From a virus (Duplodnaviria; Caudoviricetes): DNA of 38,383 bases. The notes beneath the pieces were generated by a model, which saw only the letters and a list, made by a program, of their open reading frames with translations, ran no database searches and was not told the origin of the DNA. Both the position numbers and the translations under genes were made by a program. Numbering within the stretch: position 1 is the first letter of the stretch; every line of letters begins with the position of its first letter. Shown in pieces: positions 1 to 9,120 of this stretch. The stretch covers positions 1-38,383 of IMG/VR virus record IMGVR_UViG_3300020044_004715, one strand, 5' to 3'.

Positions 1-2
1 GC

Positions 3-173
3 GGCGACGAAAAGCAAGTTGCCATGAAGCTGATCTTTGACGGTGGCTTTGACCCACAGAGCCCGGCACACCAGCACGCGCAGATTCTTGTGCAGCTCAT
101 GGACCAGATGTTTGCCAGCAAGCAGGACGCGGCAATCGTGCCTGTGATGGAAGAGTCTCGGATCATCACCTAA
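3..173 (+). CDS. Hypothetical protein, probably 5'-truncated by the window edge
   Basis: Open frame GDEKQVAMKLIFDGGFDPQSPAHQHAQILVQLMD...SRIIT ending at TAA 171-173, 2 nt before the next ATG. Confidence 0.6.
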   Translation, partial: GDEKQVAMKLIFDGGFDPQSPAHQHAQILVQLMDQMFASKQDAAIVPVMEESRIIT

Positions 174-175
174 CC

Positions 176-355
176 ATGACCCCCACCAAGAAAGCAAAAC
201 GCCGCTTCGCACGCTACGTGGAAGCCCGTAAGCAATTCTGGTGGCCCCAAGTAACCCAACCCCGCATGTTCCTCTCCCCCGCCATGATCGGTAACTTCAC
301 ATCCAGCGGCGCCATGTACGAGCGCGCAGGGTATTGCCACTGGAGTTTTGTATGA
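176..355 (+). CDS. Small basic hypothetical protein (59 aa)
   Basis: Translated by hand: MTPTKKAKRRFARYVEARKQFWWPQ...YCHWSFV. Its stop overlaps the next start (ATGA at 352-355). Confidence 0.6.
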   Translation: MTPTKKAKRRFARYVEARKQFWWPQVTQPRMFLSPAMIGNFTSSGAMYERAGYCHWSFV

Positions 356-675
356 GCTACGCAACAGACTGCGCAACGCGACTGCAGATTGCTACGCTGT
401 GCCTTCCTTCAATGAGTGACAAGGCATACCCCAAGGTTTCGCTTGCAAAGCGTATTGGCGAGATTGCAGGGGTACTGTGGTCTGCTGACAAAACCGCGCC
501 AGACTCGCAAACAGCATACCGCCTGTGGAAAAGCCACAGGCCTATGAATGTCGTGGCTGTTCCAGAAGGTGCCCAAAGCGCTCTGCCCAAGTTGGAAAAG
601 TTTGAAAGCGCCGTGATTGACCAGCCCATCCTTGGCAAGCGCGGCGATGTTGTTTTTGTGAAGGTCCAAGCGTGA
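352..675 (+). CDS. Hypothetical protein (107 aa)
   Basis: ORF 334..675 restarted at ATG 352. Coupled by ATGA and GTGA overlaps at both ends. Confidence 0.65.
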   Translation: MSYATDCATRLQIATLCLPSMSDKAYPKVSLAKRIGEIAGVLWSADKTAPDSQTAYRLWKSHRPMNVVAVPEGAQSALPKLEKFESAVIDQPILGKRGDVVFVKVQA

Positions 676-830
676 TAGCCGTACTATGCCTATTCATCGT
701 TGTCGCTTGCGTAGTGCTGGAGAACTTCCTGCGCGTCAAGCATGCCCGATTCAAGGCAGACAACAACCATATCCGTTTCCTGATGCCTGTGGCCGTATGC
801 GCTGCTCTCGTCGGGATGATGGCGATGTGA
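672..830 (+). CDS. Small membrane protein with two hydrophobic segments (52 aa)
   Basis: Translated by hand from GTG 672: MIAVLCLFIVVACVVLENFLRVKHARFKADNNHIRFLMPVAVCAALVGMMAM. GTGA overlap with the previous stop. Confidence 0.6.
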   Translation: MIAVLCLFIVVACVVLENFLRVKHARFKADNNHIRFLMPVAVCAALVGMMAM

Positions 831-840
831 GGTGGGCGGG

Positions 841-1452
841 ATGACGGAAGTTGCGTCTATGAAAAGCGGGTATCAAAAGATTATTGATCTTGCGGACGAG
901 CTTGTAACACTGAGGGAGCGTTGCATAAATCGCGTCGTTGTGAACGCTGAGGTTTATAGCGAAATGCAACGCCAAGCCGCATTCTTGCGCCCTCTCGCAG
1001 GGATGCATTTACTGACAGGTGAGAAGCGCGCATGCGCTGTGTTCGACTGGCAATACGTGAACAACATACTGCCTGCTGATATAGCCAACCCCGAGGTCGG
1101 CAGCAAAATGAAGCGCGAACACAAGTTCTCAGCCGGGAAGTATGTCGATCGCGCCATTCGTCACGATGACGGGCGTCTGACTCTGGTGGAGCTAAAGGAT
1201 TCAGCCGATGAGCGCGCAATCGTCGCTGGCATCGGCCAAGTGCTTTGGTACGCTGCAATGGCCGAAGCGGACTCCACATCTGCGCCAATCGTTCCTGTGC
1301 TGGCAGTTCTTGGAGAGCGAGACAAACACGTCGCCCGCGCATGTGAGCGCGCCGGAGTGCGGTATTACCCAATGGGCAGCATCGCACATTTCAAATTCAT
1401 GAGCATCGCCTGCGACATCGCAATAAATCATGGCTGCGCAAAAGAGAGTTGA
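841..1452 (+). CDS. PD-(D/E)XK (restriction endonuclease-fold) nuclease, NucS/RecB-like motif set
   Basis: RE-x7-VD...LTLVELK...GIGQVLWY matches the E...D...ExK...QxxxY pattern. GAGG upstream of ATG 841. Confidence 0.7.
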   Translation: MTEVASMKSGYQKIIDLADELVTLRERCINRVVVNAEVYSEMQRQAAFLRPLAGMHLLTGEKRACAVFDWQYVNNILPADIANPEVGSKMKREHKFSAGKYVDRAIRHDDGRLTLVELKDSADERAIVAGIGQVLWYAAMAEADSTSAPIVPVLAVLGERDKHVARACERAGVRYYPMGSIAHFKFMSIACDIAINHGCAKES

Positions 1453-2044
1453 TTACGAGCGCATAGAGCCGGGTTGGCGCGCAGGCATTCTTAGCCCGCA
1501 CCAATTGGCTGCAGCGTACACGGCAGAGACTGGAGACAAAGTCTCTCACACGGCGATCATCAAGCACTTTCGCAAACAAGGTGTGTTGCGTGACCTGAAG
1601 GCGAAGATCCAGGCTAAGGCCGATGAGATCGTTAACCGCTCCATGGTTACGAGGCCAGTTACTCCAGAAACCATAGCGCAAGATAACGCGCTGGTGGAGG
1701 ATGGCGGCAAGGTTCTGGCGGCTGTTCGTATCAGCCACAGGCAGGACATCAACAAGGCTAAAACCATCCTTATGAGGATGTTTGAGGAGTTGGAGCACCA
1801 GACTGGCCTTGAGAATGCAGAGTTGTTGAGCCGCCTTGGCGAGCTGATGGACAAGTCGGACGGAGAAGCCGCCGATAAGCTGAACGAGGTTTATCAAAAG
1901 GTTATCAGCTTGCCTAGCCGGGCTAAGACCATGAAAGACCTTGGAGATACGTTGCGTGGCCTGATTGCTGTTGATCGCGAGGCATACGGCCTTGACGAAA
2001 AGAAAAGCAATACCGCACCTGGCGACATTTCCATTACCTTCTGA
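1430..2044 (+). CDS. terS: Terminase small subunit
   Basis: N-terminal HTH-like DYERIEPGWRAGILS...VSHTAIIKH...RDLKAKI, helical body, C-terminal EAYGLD. Its stop overlaps the terL start. Confidence 0.8.
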   Translation: MAAQKRVDYERIEPGWRAGILSPHQLAAAYTAETGDKVSHTAIIKHFRKQGVLRDLKAKIQAKADEIVNRSMVTRPVTPETIAQDNALVEDGGKVLAAVRISHRQDINKAKTILMRMFEELEHQTGLENAELLSRLGELMDKSDGEAADKLNEVYQKVISLPSRAKTMKDLGDTLRGLIAVDREAYGLDEKKSNTAPGDISITF

Positions 2045-3498
2045 TGGCTGGCGTAGTCTACAAAGCAGAGCCTACCGCAAGTAGGTTCCACCGCTCCAAT
2101 GCCGTGGTTAGGGTTCTGCGTGGCCCAATCGGCACAGGCAAGTCTGTTACCTGCTGCATGGAGATCATCCGGCGCGGCAAAGAGCAGGCGGCATGGGAAG
2201 GTGTACGTCGCACGCGCTGGGCGGCAATTCGGAACACCTACCCTGAGTTGACCTCTACCACGATCAAGACTTGGGATGATTGGGCGCCTGGGGCCGTGAC
2301 AGTCTTCGGCTCTCCAATCAGCTCTACATTCTCCCGCGACCTGCCGGACGGAACGCGCATGGAGATTGAGGTGTTGTTCATGTCACTGGATCGCCCTGCC
2401 GATGTGAAGAAACTCAAGTCCCTGGATTTGACGGGCATCTGGTTGAATGAAGGCAGCGAATTGCCAAAGGCTGCTTTGGACATGGCGACAGGGCGTGTTA
2501 GCCGCTTCCCATCCAAGGCCCAGGGGGGCTCTACGTGGTCTGGTGTGATTCTGGACACCAATTCCCCAGATGATGACCATTACCTGTACGCATTGGAAAT
2601 GAACCCGCCAGAAGGCTGGGAGTTCTTTGCACAGCCTGGGGCGCTAATCAAGATGCCAGACGGGTCGTATGCGCCAAACCCTGCGGCAGAGAACGTACAG
2701 AACCACATGCTGGGTTACGACTACTGGATGCGTCAGGTTCCCGGCAAAGATGAACAATGGATTAAGGTGTTCATCCTTGGGCAATACGGCAGCGTCCATG
2801 ATGGCAAGCCTGTGTACAACGAATGGAACAGTTCGTTGCACTCCAAGGAAATCTACCCGCAGCAAGGCGTGAAGCTGAAGATCGGGATTGACTTCGGCTT
2901 GACGCCATCCGCAGTGTTGACGCAAAACGATGCGCGGGGGCGCTTGCTGGTGCTGGACGAGCTCTGTGGCGAGGACATGGGGTTCAGGCAATTCCTTGAG
3001 GATGCATTGATCCCGTACCTCATGACCAACTATCCGCAGCACTGGGCCAAGAAGGACGACATGATCGAGCTGGTCGCAGACCCTGCTGGTGAACAGCGCG
3101 CACAGTCGGATGAAAAATCCTGCTTCCAAGAAGCCCGCGCAAAGGGACTCAAGATCAAAGCGGCAAAGTCCAACGCATGGCTCCCACGCCGTGGCGCTGT
3201 GGCTTGGTTCTTGTCCAAGCTATCGGCAGGCCAGCCAATGTTCTTGATCGACCCAACGTGCAGCACCTTGATTAAGGGCTTCAACGGGGGCTACAAGTAC
3301 CGCCGCATTCAGGCAAAAGGCGAAGAGCGCTACACCGAAGAGCCAGCAAAGAACAAATACAGCCACCCGCACGACGCACTGCAATACGTTGCGATGGAGT
3401 CTGGTGGCATCCAGGCAGTCACAGCAGCAACCCGCCCACAAGCGCCGCAAGTCCGAGGCTATCAGCCCACCGTGGCAGGCATGGGCGTACTAGGCTAA
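2044..3498 (+). CDS. terL: Terminase large subunit
   Basis: Walker A GPIGTGKS, Walker B GIWLNE, motif DTN, RNase H-like nuclease motifs IGIDFG, ADPAG and SHPHDALQY. Confidence 0.95.
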   Translation: MAGVVYKAEPTASRFHRSNAVVRVLRGPIGTGKSVTCCMEIIRRGKEQAAWEGVRRTRWAAIRNTYPELTSTTIKTWDDWAPGAVTVFGSPISSTFSRDLPDGTRMEIEVLFMSLDRPADVKKLKSLDLTGIWLNEGSELPKAALDMATGRVSRFPSKAQGGSTWSGVILDTNSPDDDHYLYALEMNPPEGWEFFAQPGALIKMPDGSYAPNPAAENVQNHMLGYDYWMRQVPGKDEQWIKVFILGQYGSVHDGKPVYNEWNSSLHSKEIYPQQGVKLKIGIDFGLTPSAVLTQNDARGRLLVLDELCGEDMGFRQFLEDALIPYLMTNYPQHWAKKDDMIELVADPAGEQRAQSDEKSCFQEARAKGLKIKAAKSNAWLPRRGAVAWFLSKLSAGQPMFLIDPTCSTLIKGFNGGYKYRRIQAKGEERYTEEPAKNKYSHPHDALQYVAMESGGIQAVTAATRPQAPQVRGYQPTVAGMGVLG

Positions 3499-3515
3499 CC
3501 CAAGAAAGAAACACC

Positions 3516-3866
3516 ATGAGCGTAAACCTTGCTCCATCGGCCAATTCCACCAACTCACCTTTGACCAACCGCACTGCTGGCCTTGGGAACGGCGTAAACG
3601 TCAAAAAAACACTAGGCATCGTTTACGGCGTGACTGGCTACAGCACCACAGCGCAGTTCCTGCAGATCCACGACAAGGCTACAGCGGCTTCGAATGCTGA
3701 GGTGCCTTTGGTCACCATCCCAATCGCTGCTGGCGCTGCGTTCAATCTTGATTTTGGCGTTTACGGTCTTCTGTGCACCAACGGCATACAGGTTGTCAAC
3801 AGCATCACAGGTCCAACACTGACCATTGGCGCCGCTGATACGTTCATGACTATTCGCTACGCATAA
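3516..3866 (+). CDS. Hypothetical beta-rich protein, possibly a virion protein
   Basis: 116-aa ORF rich in T/G/A/N between terL and portal. TAATG overlap with the portal start. Confidence 0.7.
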   Translation: MSVNLAPSANSTNSPLTNRTAGLGNGVNVKKTLGIVYGVTGYSTTAQFLQIHDKATAASNAEVPLVTIPIAAGAAFNLDFGVYGLLCTNGIQVVNSITGPTLTIGAADTFMTIRYA

Positions 3867-6295
3867 TGCACAAGACAGATCCAGACCTGCCAGACGAATT
3901 CCACGAGGAAGACGAACAGGCCCGCGTTCGCGTTGATGAACGACTGAAAGAGCTTGGACTCGCCCTGGCTGATAAGCGCTCGGAAGCCGTTAAGCAGCGC
4001 CGCCAGTCTGGTATCGAAGCAGTCTGGATGACTTGCGAAGAAGCGTATCTGTGCATTGATGACCAGAACCGCCACGAGTACGCAAAGGCGAAGTGGGCTA
4101 AGCCAACGTCCATGCAAGGCCCGGTCACAAACAACCAGAGCCCCCGCGATGTGATGCGATCCACGGCTTACGTGCGACTGACAGCGCGTTACGTGGACAT
4201 GGCCTCGGCAATGGTCAGTGAAATCATGCTGCCCATCGATGACAAGGCATTTGCGATTGACCCAACGCCTGTGCCTGACCTTGTTGCGGCGCTGGAAGAC
4301 AAAACGCCTGTAGCCGATCCTGCTGGCAATCCCATGATGCAGCAAGGTGAACAAGGCCCGCAGCCTGTGACGAAGGCTGACATTGCCAAGCAGCAGATGG
4401 CCCAAGCCCAGGCGGCAGCAGACAAGGAAGAGCAGCAAATCTACGACTGGATGGTTGAGGCAAACTATCCCGGCGAGATGCGCAAGGTGATTCACGATAG
4501 CGCCCGCATCGGTGTCGGTGTCCTGAAGGCTCCATTCCCTGCGCTGCGTGAAGGCTTCGCTTTCTCCATGGAAGGCAATGAAGCCATCCTGACCATGGAA
4601 ACCAAGACCGCGCCAGGGCTAAAGTGGATCGACCCATGGAATGTGTTTCCATTCGATTCGTGTGGCGAGAAGTTGGCAGACGCTGGCGGCATCTTTGAGC
4701 GCGACTATATTTCCGCCCGTCAACTGGCCGACCTTAAGAAGCTGACAGACACACTGGGCGAACCAATCTACATCGGTGAGAACATCGACAAGGTTCTCAA
4801 AGAAGGCCCAGAGAAGTGCTACGTTGACGAGGCCAAGAACCCCAACGAGCCGCGCCAAGAAGAAAAGAGCTTTGCCATTTGGTACTACACCGGGGCAATG
4901 AAGCGCGAAGACTTGGCAAATGCCCGTGCCGTGGGGATTGAAGACATTCCCGAAGACATTGAGCAAGTTAGCGCCGTGTTCACGATGGTGAACGACACTG
5001 TGATCCGCGCCACGCCAAATCCTTTGCAGTCGGGGCGCCACGGCTATCACAACATCCCCTGGAGCCGCCGCGCTGGTAGCTGGGCTGGTGTGGGTGTGGC
5101 TGAGCAAGTCTCCATGCCTCAGCGCATGCTGAATGCTTCGACCCGCGCTCTTTTGAACAATGCCGGGTTTTCTGCTGGCGCGCAGATCATCGTCAAGCGC
5201 AATGCCATCACTCCGGCAGACAATAACTGGGCGCTGACTCCAAACAAGATTTGGTACGACACAGGCGAAGACCCAGGCGACGTGAACAACGCCTTCCGCA
5301 TCATTGAGTTCCCCAACATCACGCCACAACTGCAGAGCGTGATTCAGTTGGCGTACAAGATGGGCGAAGAAGCTACCAACATTCCATTGGTGACGCAAGG
5401 CCAGCAAGGCCAGACAAGCCCCGATACATTCGGCGCTGCCGAGCTGCAGAACAACAACGCCCGCACGCTGCTGCGCTCTACGGCCTACTCCTTTGATGAC
5501 CACATCACAGAGCCTGTGGTACGCCTGCTGCATGAGTGGTACTTGCTAGACCCTGAGATCCCACAGAAGGACAAGGGCGACTTCCGCATCAATGCCCGTG
5601 GCTCCATCTCCATGGTGGAGCGCGCCATTCAGGAATACACCTGGACTCAATTGCTCAGTCTGTCTCAGAACCCGGCCTATGAGCTGTCGCCCACAGGTAT
5701 TGCCACCGAGTACCTCAAGAGCAAGCGCCTTGACCCACGCAAGGCCCAGCTATCCGAAGAGGAAAAGGCCCAGGCAGCGAAGGCACAGCCCGCACCTCCA
5801 CCAGTGATCCAGGCCGCGCAGATCCGCGAGCAAGGCGCCACACAGCGTCTGCAAATGCAGCTACAGGCAGAGGCTCAAACTGCGCAGATGGCAGCACAGC
5901 AACCACAAGGCGCAGCACCAGACAACTCGCTGCAAGTCGCACAGATTCGCGCACAGACAGAGATGGGCAAGGCGCAACTGAACCAAGCCAGCGACATGGA
6001 AGAGCTGCGTTTCAAGGCCGAAGAAGCAGAACGCCAGCGCGCATTCGAGCGCGAGATGAAGCAGGCCGATTTGCAGATGAAGCTGATGGAGTTTGCAGAA
6101 AACCGCAACTTGCAACTCGAAGACGTGAAGGCCCAGCTCACCAAGACAACCATGGAGCTGTCAACGCAGAAGGAACTATCTTCCGCTGCGCTGGCTGCTG
6201 GGCAGGCAAAGCGTCCCAACCCATCGCCACAGATCGCCACGCCGCCTATTGAGCCAGCAGGCCGGGCAGAAGATGGGCAGGCATTCGCACAATGA
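3866..6295 (+). CDS. Portal protein (P22/podovirus-like) with long Q/A-rich C-terminal coiled coil
   Basis: 809 aa, downstream of terL. Motifs DSARIGVGVLKAP, IDPWNVFP, W...GSWAGVGVAE...QRMLN, and FDDHITEP...GDFRINARGS. Confidence 0.88.
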   Translation: MHKTDPDLPDEFHEEDEQARVRVDERLKELGLALADKRSEAVKQRRQSGIEAVWMTCEEAYLCIDDQNRHEYAKAKWAKPTSMQGPVTNNQSPRDVMRSTAYVRLTARYVDMASAMVSEIMLPIDDKAFAIDPTPVPDLVAALEDKTPVADPAGNPMMQQGEQGPQPVTKADIAKQQMAQAQAAADKEEQQIYDWMVEANYPGEMRKVIHDSARIGVGVLKAPFPALREGFAFSMEGNEAILTMETKTAPGLKWIDPWNVFPFDSCGEKLADAGGIFERDYISARQLADLKKLTDTLGEPIYIGENIDKVLKEGPEKCYVDEAKNPNEPRQEEKSFAIWYYTGAMKREDLANARAVGIEDIPEDIEQVSAVFTMVNDTVIRATPNPLQSGRHGYHNIPWSRRAGSWAGVGVAEQVSMPQRMLNASTRALLNNAGFSAGAQIIVKRNAITPADNNWALTPNKIWYDTGEDPGDVNNAFRIIEFPNITPQLQSVIQLAYKMGEEATNIPLVTQGQQGQTSPDTFGAAELQNNNARTLLRSTAYSFDDHITEPVVRLLHEWYLLDPEIPQKDKGDFRINARGSISMVERAIQEYTWTQLLSLSQNPAYELSPTGIATEYLKSKRLDPRKAQLSEEEKAQAAKAQPAPPPVIQAAQIREQGATQRLQMQLQAEAQTAQMAAQQPQGAAPDNSLQVAQIRAQTEMGKAQLNQASDMEELRFKAEEAERQRAFEREMKQADLQMKLMEFAENRNLQLEDVKAQLTKTTMELSTQKELSSAALAAGQAKRPNPSPQIATPPIEPAGRAEDGQAFAQ

Positions 6296-6513
6296 AGCCA
6301 GCATTCCAGCTTTCAGAACACGACAAGCAAAGCCCGCAGTGGGTGAACTTGTCGCACCACCTTGAAGACCGCTTGTCTGACCTTCGCAAGAAGAACGACA
6401 ACAACAGCAACACAGAAACAGATACGGCCCACATTCGCGGCCAGATCGCAGAAGTCAAGCGCTTGCTTGCACTTTGCGACACCTATCAGGAAGTAACGTT
6501 TCCTCAGGTTTGA
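6292..6513 (+). CDS. Small conserved-type head-region protein
   Basis: 73 aa with LEDRLSDLRKKND...TAHIRGQIAEVKRLL. ATGA overlap with portal and the usual position between portal and scaffold. Confidence 0.75.
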   Translation: MKPAFQLSEHDKQSPQWVNLSHHLEDRLSDLRKKNDNNSNTETDTAHIRGQIAEVKRLLALCDTYQEVTFPQV

Positions 6514-6608
6514 ATCCCGCCGCCAGCAATGACGGCACCCTAGAGTCCTTGACGCTTGCGCCAGGGATAGCGCGCCGGGCCACGCCCGGTATTGATGTGG
6601 AGAAGTGA

Positions 6609-7430
6609 ATGGCAGGAGATGTAGAGCAACAGGACATGGATGCAGATGCAGCGTTTGACGCTGGTTTTTCTGACGATCAAGGGACAGCAACGACGCCCCA
6701 GGGTCAACAGGAAGATCCCCAGCCTCAAGAGACCGCAGCAGAAGTACCAACCCCTGAGCCAGAACCAGAGTTTGTCCAACTCACCAAGGCTGAGTATGAG
6801 CAGTTTCGCGCAGGTCTTTCGTCGGTTGACGAAATCAAGACCCAGACGCAAAGCCAGTTCAACAAAGCATTTGGAACGATTGGCGGGCTGAAGCAGGCAA
6901 TTGACCGTGTGTCCCAATCTGGGACTGTGGAATTGTCAGCAGAGGACTTCGCTGAACTTGAGGCGGATTACGGCTCTGACTTGGCAAACAAGCTCAGATC
7001 ATCGCTGCAAAAGGCATTGAGCAAAGGCCGTCCTGTTCCTCAGGATGCCCAGCCAGAGCCTGTGCAGCAAAGCAGCCAAGAGCCATCGCGCCTTGAAGCA
7101 ATTCAAGCGCAACTGACAGATTCCAGATTGGATGAAGTCGTAGATGGCGACTGGCGCAAGGAGGTGTCAACCGACACCTTCCGGCAGTGGATGCAAAAGC
7201 AGCCCCAGGATGTGCAATCCCTGGCTGCGTCCGAGAACGTGCGCGATGCGGCCAAGATGCTGCGCATGTACGTCAAAGACAAGAGTGCCCCACCTGCGCC
7301 CCCTCCCAAACCTTCGCAGCGTCAGCGCGTCCTCCAAGCAGCGGTGAATCCTTCTAGCCGCGCAGTGCAACCTTCTGCGCCCAAAGAGGATGACCCATTT
7401 GACCAAGGCTTTAAAGCTGTCCGTGGATAG
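6609..7430 (+). CDS. Capsid scaffolding protein
   Basis: Acidic, disordered Q/P/E-rich N-terminus and helical middle. AFDAGF and PFDQGF motifs at the two ends. Lies directly before the capsid gene with GGAG RBS. Confidence 0.75.
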   Translation: MAGDVEQQDMDADAAFDAGFSDDQGTATTPQGQQEDPQPQETAAEVPTPEPEPEFVQLTKAEYEQFRAGLSSVDEIKTQTQSQFNKAFGTIGGLKQAIDRVSQSGTVELSAEDFAELEADYGSDLANKLRSSLQKALSKGRPVPQDAQPEPVQQSSQEPSRLEAIQAQLTDSRLDEVVDGDWRKEVSTDTFRQWMQKQPQDVQSLAASENVRDAAKMLRMYVKDKSAPPAPPPKPSQRQRVLQAAVNPSSRAVQPSAPKEDDPFDQGFKAVRG

Positions 7431-7447
7431 CTGAAAGGAACCCAGAA

Positions 7448-8524
7448 ATGACGATGGCAACCTATTCCCAGAACACCCCCCGAATCGGGAAGTTCAAAGG
7501 GAAAACTCTCGCACACGCCGTACCAGTTGAGGTACTGGCCCGCGGTGGTCGGCAAGAAACCTTGCCCTCCAACAACAGTGATACCTACGTGGCTCGACGC
7601 TGGCTGCCATACGGTGCTACTGCCGCCAACCAAAACACCATCAACCGCTTCTTCCAGAACGGCACTGGTGACCGCGCCAACGCCATGGTCCAGGCCCACC
7701 TGACCCAAGAAGGCGTGACACCAAACCCTGACAGCATCACGCCTCAGGACGTCACTGTGGTTGTGCAGCAATACTCTTGCTTGTACGGCTACACCGACAA
7801 GACCGCGATGCTGTACGAGGATGACATCCCTGAACAGATGGCAATCCAAGTCGGTGAGCGCATGGCTCTGGTGAACGAAATGATCATCTATGGTCAACTG
7901 CGTTCCACCACGAACCAGTTCTTTGGCGGCACTGGCACAACTCGCGCCACGGTGAACGGCAAACTGTCGATGCCTTTGCTGCGTAGTGTGGCCCGCAACT
8001 TGATGGCGAACCACGGCAAGCCTGTAAACAAGGTGCTTTCCGCATCGCAAAACTACGGCACCGACGCTGTGATGGCTGGCTTCACTGTCTATTGCCACTC
8101 CGACATGGACGCCGATATTCGTGACTTGCCAAATTTCACACCCGCAGAGAAGTACGCATCCGGTACTCCAATGCCCAACGAAATTGGCAAGTGTGAGCAT
8201 TTCCGCTTCATTACGTCGCCCGACCTGCCCGCGATCCAAGACGCTGGCGCCGCTGTGGCAAATGCTCCTGGCATCGTGTCCACTTCCGGCGCTAACGTGG
8301 ACGTGTACCAGTTCATCGTGACTGCTGCTGACGCCTGGAGTCAGATCGCCGTGCGCGGTAAGAACTCGATGATAGCCACCGACCTGAAGGCTGGCGAGCA
8401 ATCGAAGGCCGACCCATTCGGCCAACGTGGCTACGCAGGCATGATGTGGTGGAAGGCCGTGATGATCGAAAACCCTGGATGGATCGCTATCGGCAACGTC
8501 GGCGTTTCCATCCAGGCTGGCTAA
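7448..8524 (+). CDS. Major capsid protein, N4-gp56-like family
   Basis: 358 aa with LTQEGVTP, QQYSCLYGYTD, PNEIGKCEHFRFI and DPFGQRGYAG motifs. AAAGGAA RBS. Confidence 0.9.
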   Translation: MTMATYSQNTPRIGKFKGKTLAHAVPVEVLARGGRQETLPSNNSDTYVARRWLPYGATAANQNTINRFFQNGTGDRANAMVQAHLTQEGVTPNPDSITPQDVTVVVQQYSCLYGYTDKTAMLYEDDIPEQMAIQVGERMALVNEMIIYGQLRSTTNQFFGGTGTTRATVNGKLSMPLLRSVARNLMANHGKPVNKVLSASQNYGTDAVMAGFTVYCHSDMDADIRDLPNFTPAEKYASGTPMPNEIGKCEHFRFITSPDLPAIQDAGAAVANAPGIVSTSGANVDVYQFIVTAADAWSQIAVRGKNSMIATDLKAGEQSKADPFGQRGYAGMMWWKAVMIENPGWIAIGNVGVSIQAG

Positions 8525-8527
8525 CCA

Positions 8528-8574
8528 GATTGATGGCTATGGCTGACTGGAAACAATCAGCCGTGCCATCGATT
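8528..8574 (+). promoter_or_regulatory. Long RNA stem-loop with GAAA loop after the capsid gene
   Basis: GATTGATGGC-T-ATGGCTGA-C-TG-GAAA-CA-A-TCAGCCGT-GCCATCGATT pairs along its length. No U-tract follows. Confidence 0.65.
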
Positions 8575-8590
8575 CCATAAAGGAACCCCA

Positions 8591-9106
8591 ATGCTAGGCA
8601 CCATCCAGCAATTTCTAAAGGGTATCGGCGCTGTTTCTGACCGAAACGCGCTCACCCCCGTGCTGTCGTCTTTGGGCGATCGCGCTTCTACCTGTCTGGT
8701 CTCCACATCTACGCTAGCCATCAAGGCTGGTGGCAGTGCTGTTGTGAAGGCAAGCACAGCTTTCCACGCTGTTGTGCAAGGCCGTCTTGTGACCAAGGCT
8801 GCCAACACCGACATGGCCGCTCTTGTCGGCACCGTGACGAATGCCAAGTTCAACGTGTTTGTCTTCTTCATGGACGGATCCGGCACCCTGACTACTGTCA
8901 TGGGTGGCGAAGGCGCCACGCTGAATGCTGTCACGTTCCCGCAGTTCCCGGCTGGCAAAGCGTGCGTGGGTTTCATCATCGTGAACCCCACGGGCACAGG
9001 CAACTTCGTTGGTGGGACTACCGCTCTCGATGATGCCACCGTTGTGCCAAACGTGGTCTATGTGAGCCACCCTCTGGCATTTGATCCCACCGTTCTCGTT
9101 TCGTAA
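8591..9106 (+). CDS. Putative capsid accessory/decoration protein A
   Basis: 171 aa, rich in A/G/T/V, AAAGGAA RBS, immediately after the capsid gene. Confidence 0.6.
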   Translation: MLGTIQQFLKGIGAVSDRNALTPVLSSLGDRASTCLVSTSTLAIKAGGSAVVKASTAFHAVVQGRLVTKAANTDMAALVGTVTNAKFNVFVFFMDGSGTLTTVMGGEGATLNAVTFPQFPAGKACVGFIIVNPTGTGNFVGGTTALDDATVVPNVVYVSHPLAFDPTVLVS

Positions 9107-9120
9107 AAAGGAGTTCAGAA

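Noticed and set aside
7322-8425. 367-aa minus-strand ORF, and similar long antisense ORFs at 4619-5533, 24281-25006 and 25769-26698
   Set aside because: They lie opposite well-supported capsid, portal or giant-protein genes, are expected from codon bias in GC-rich DNA, and show no recognisable motifs.
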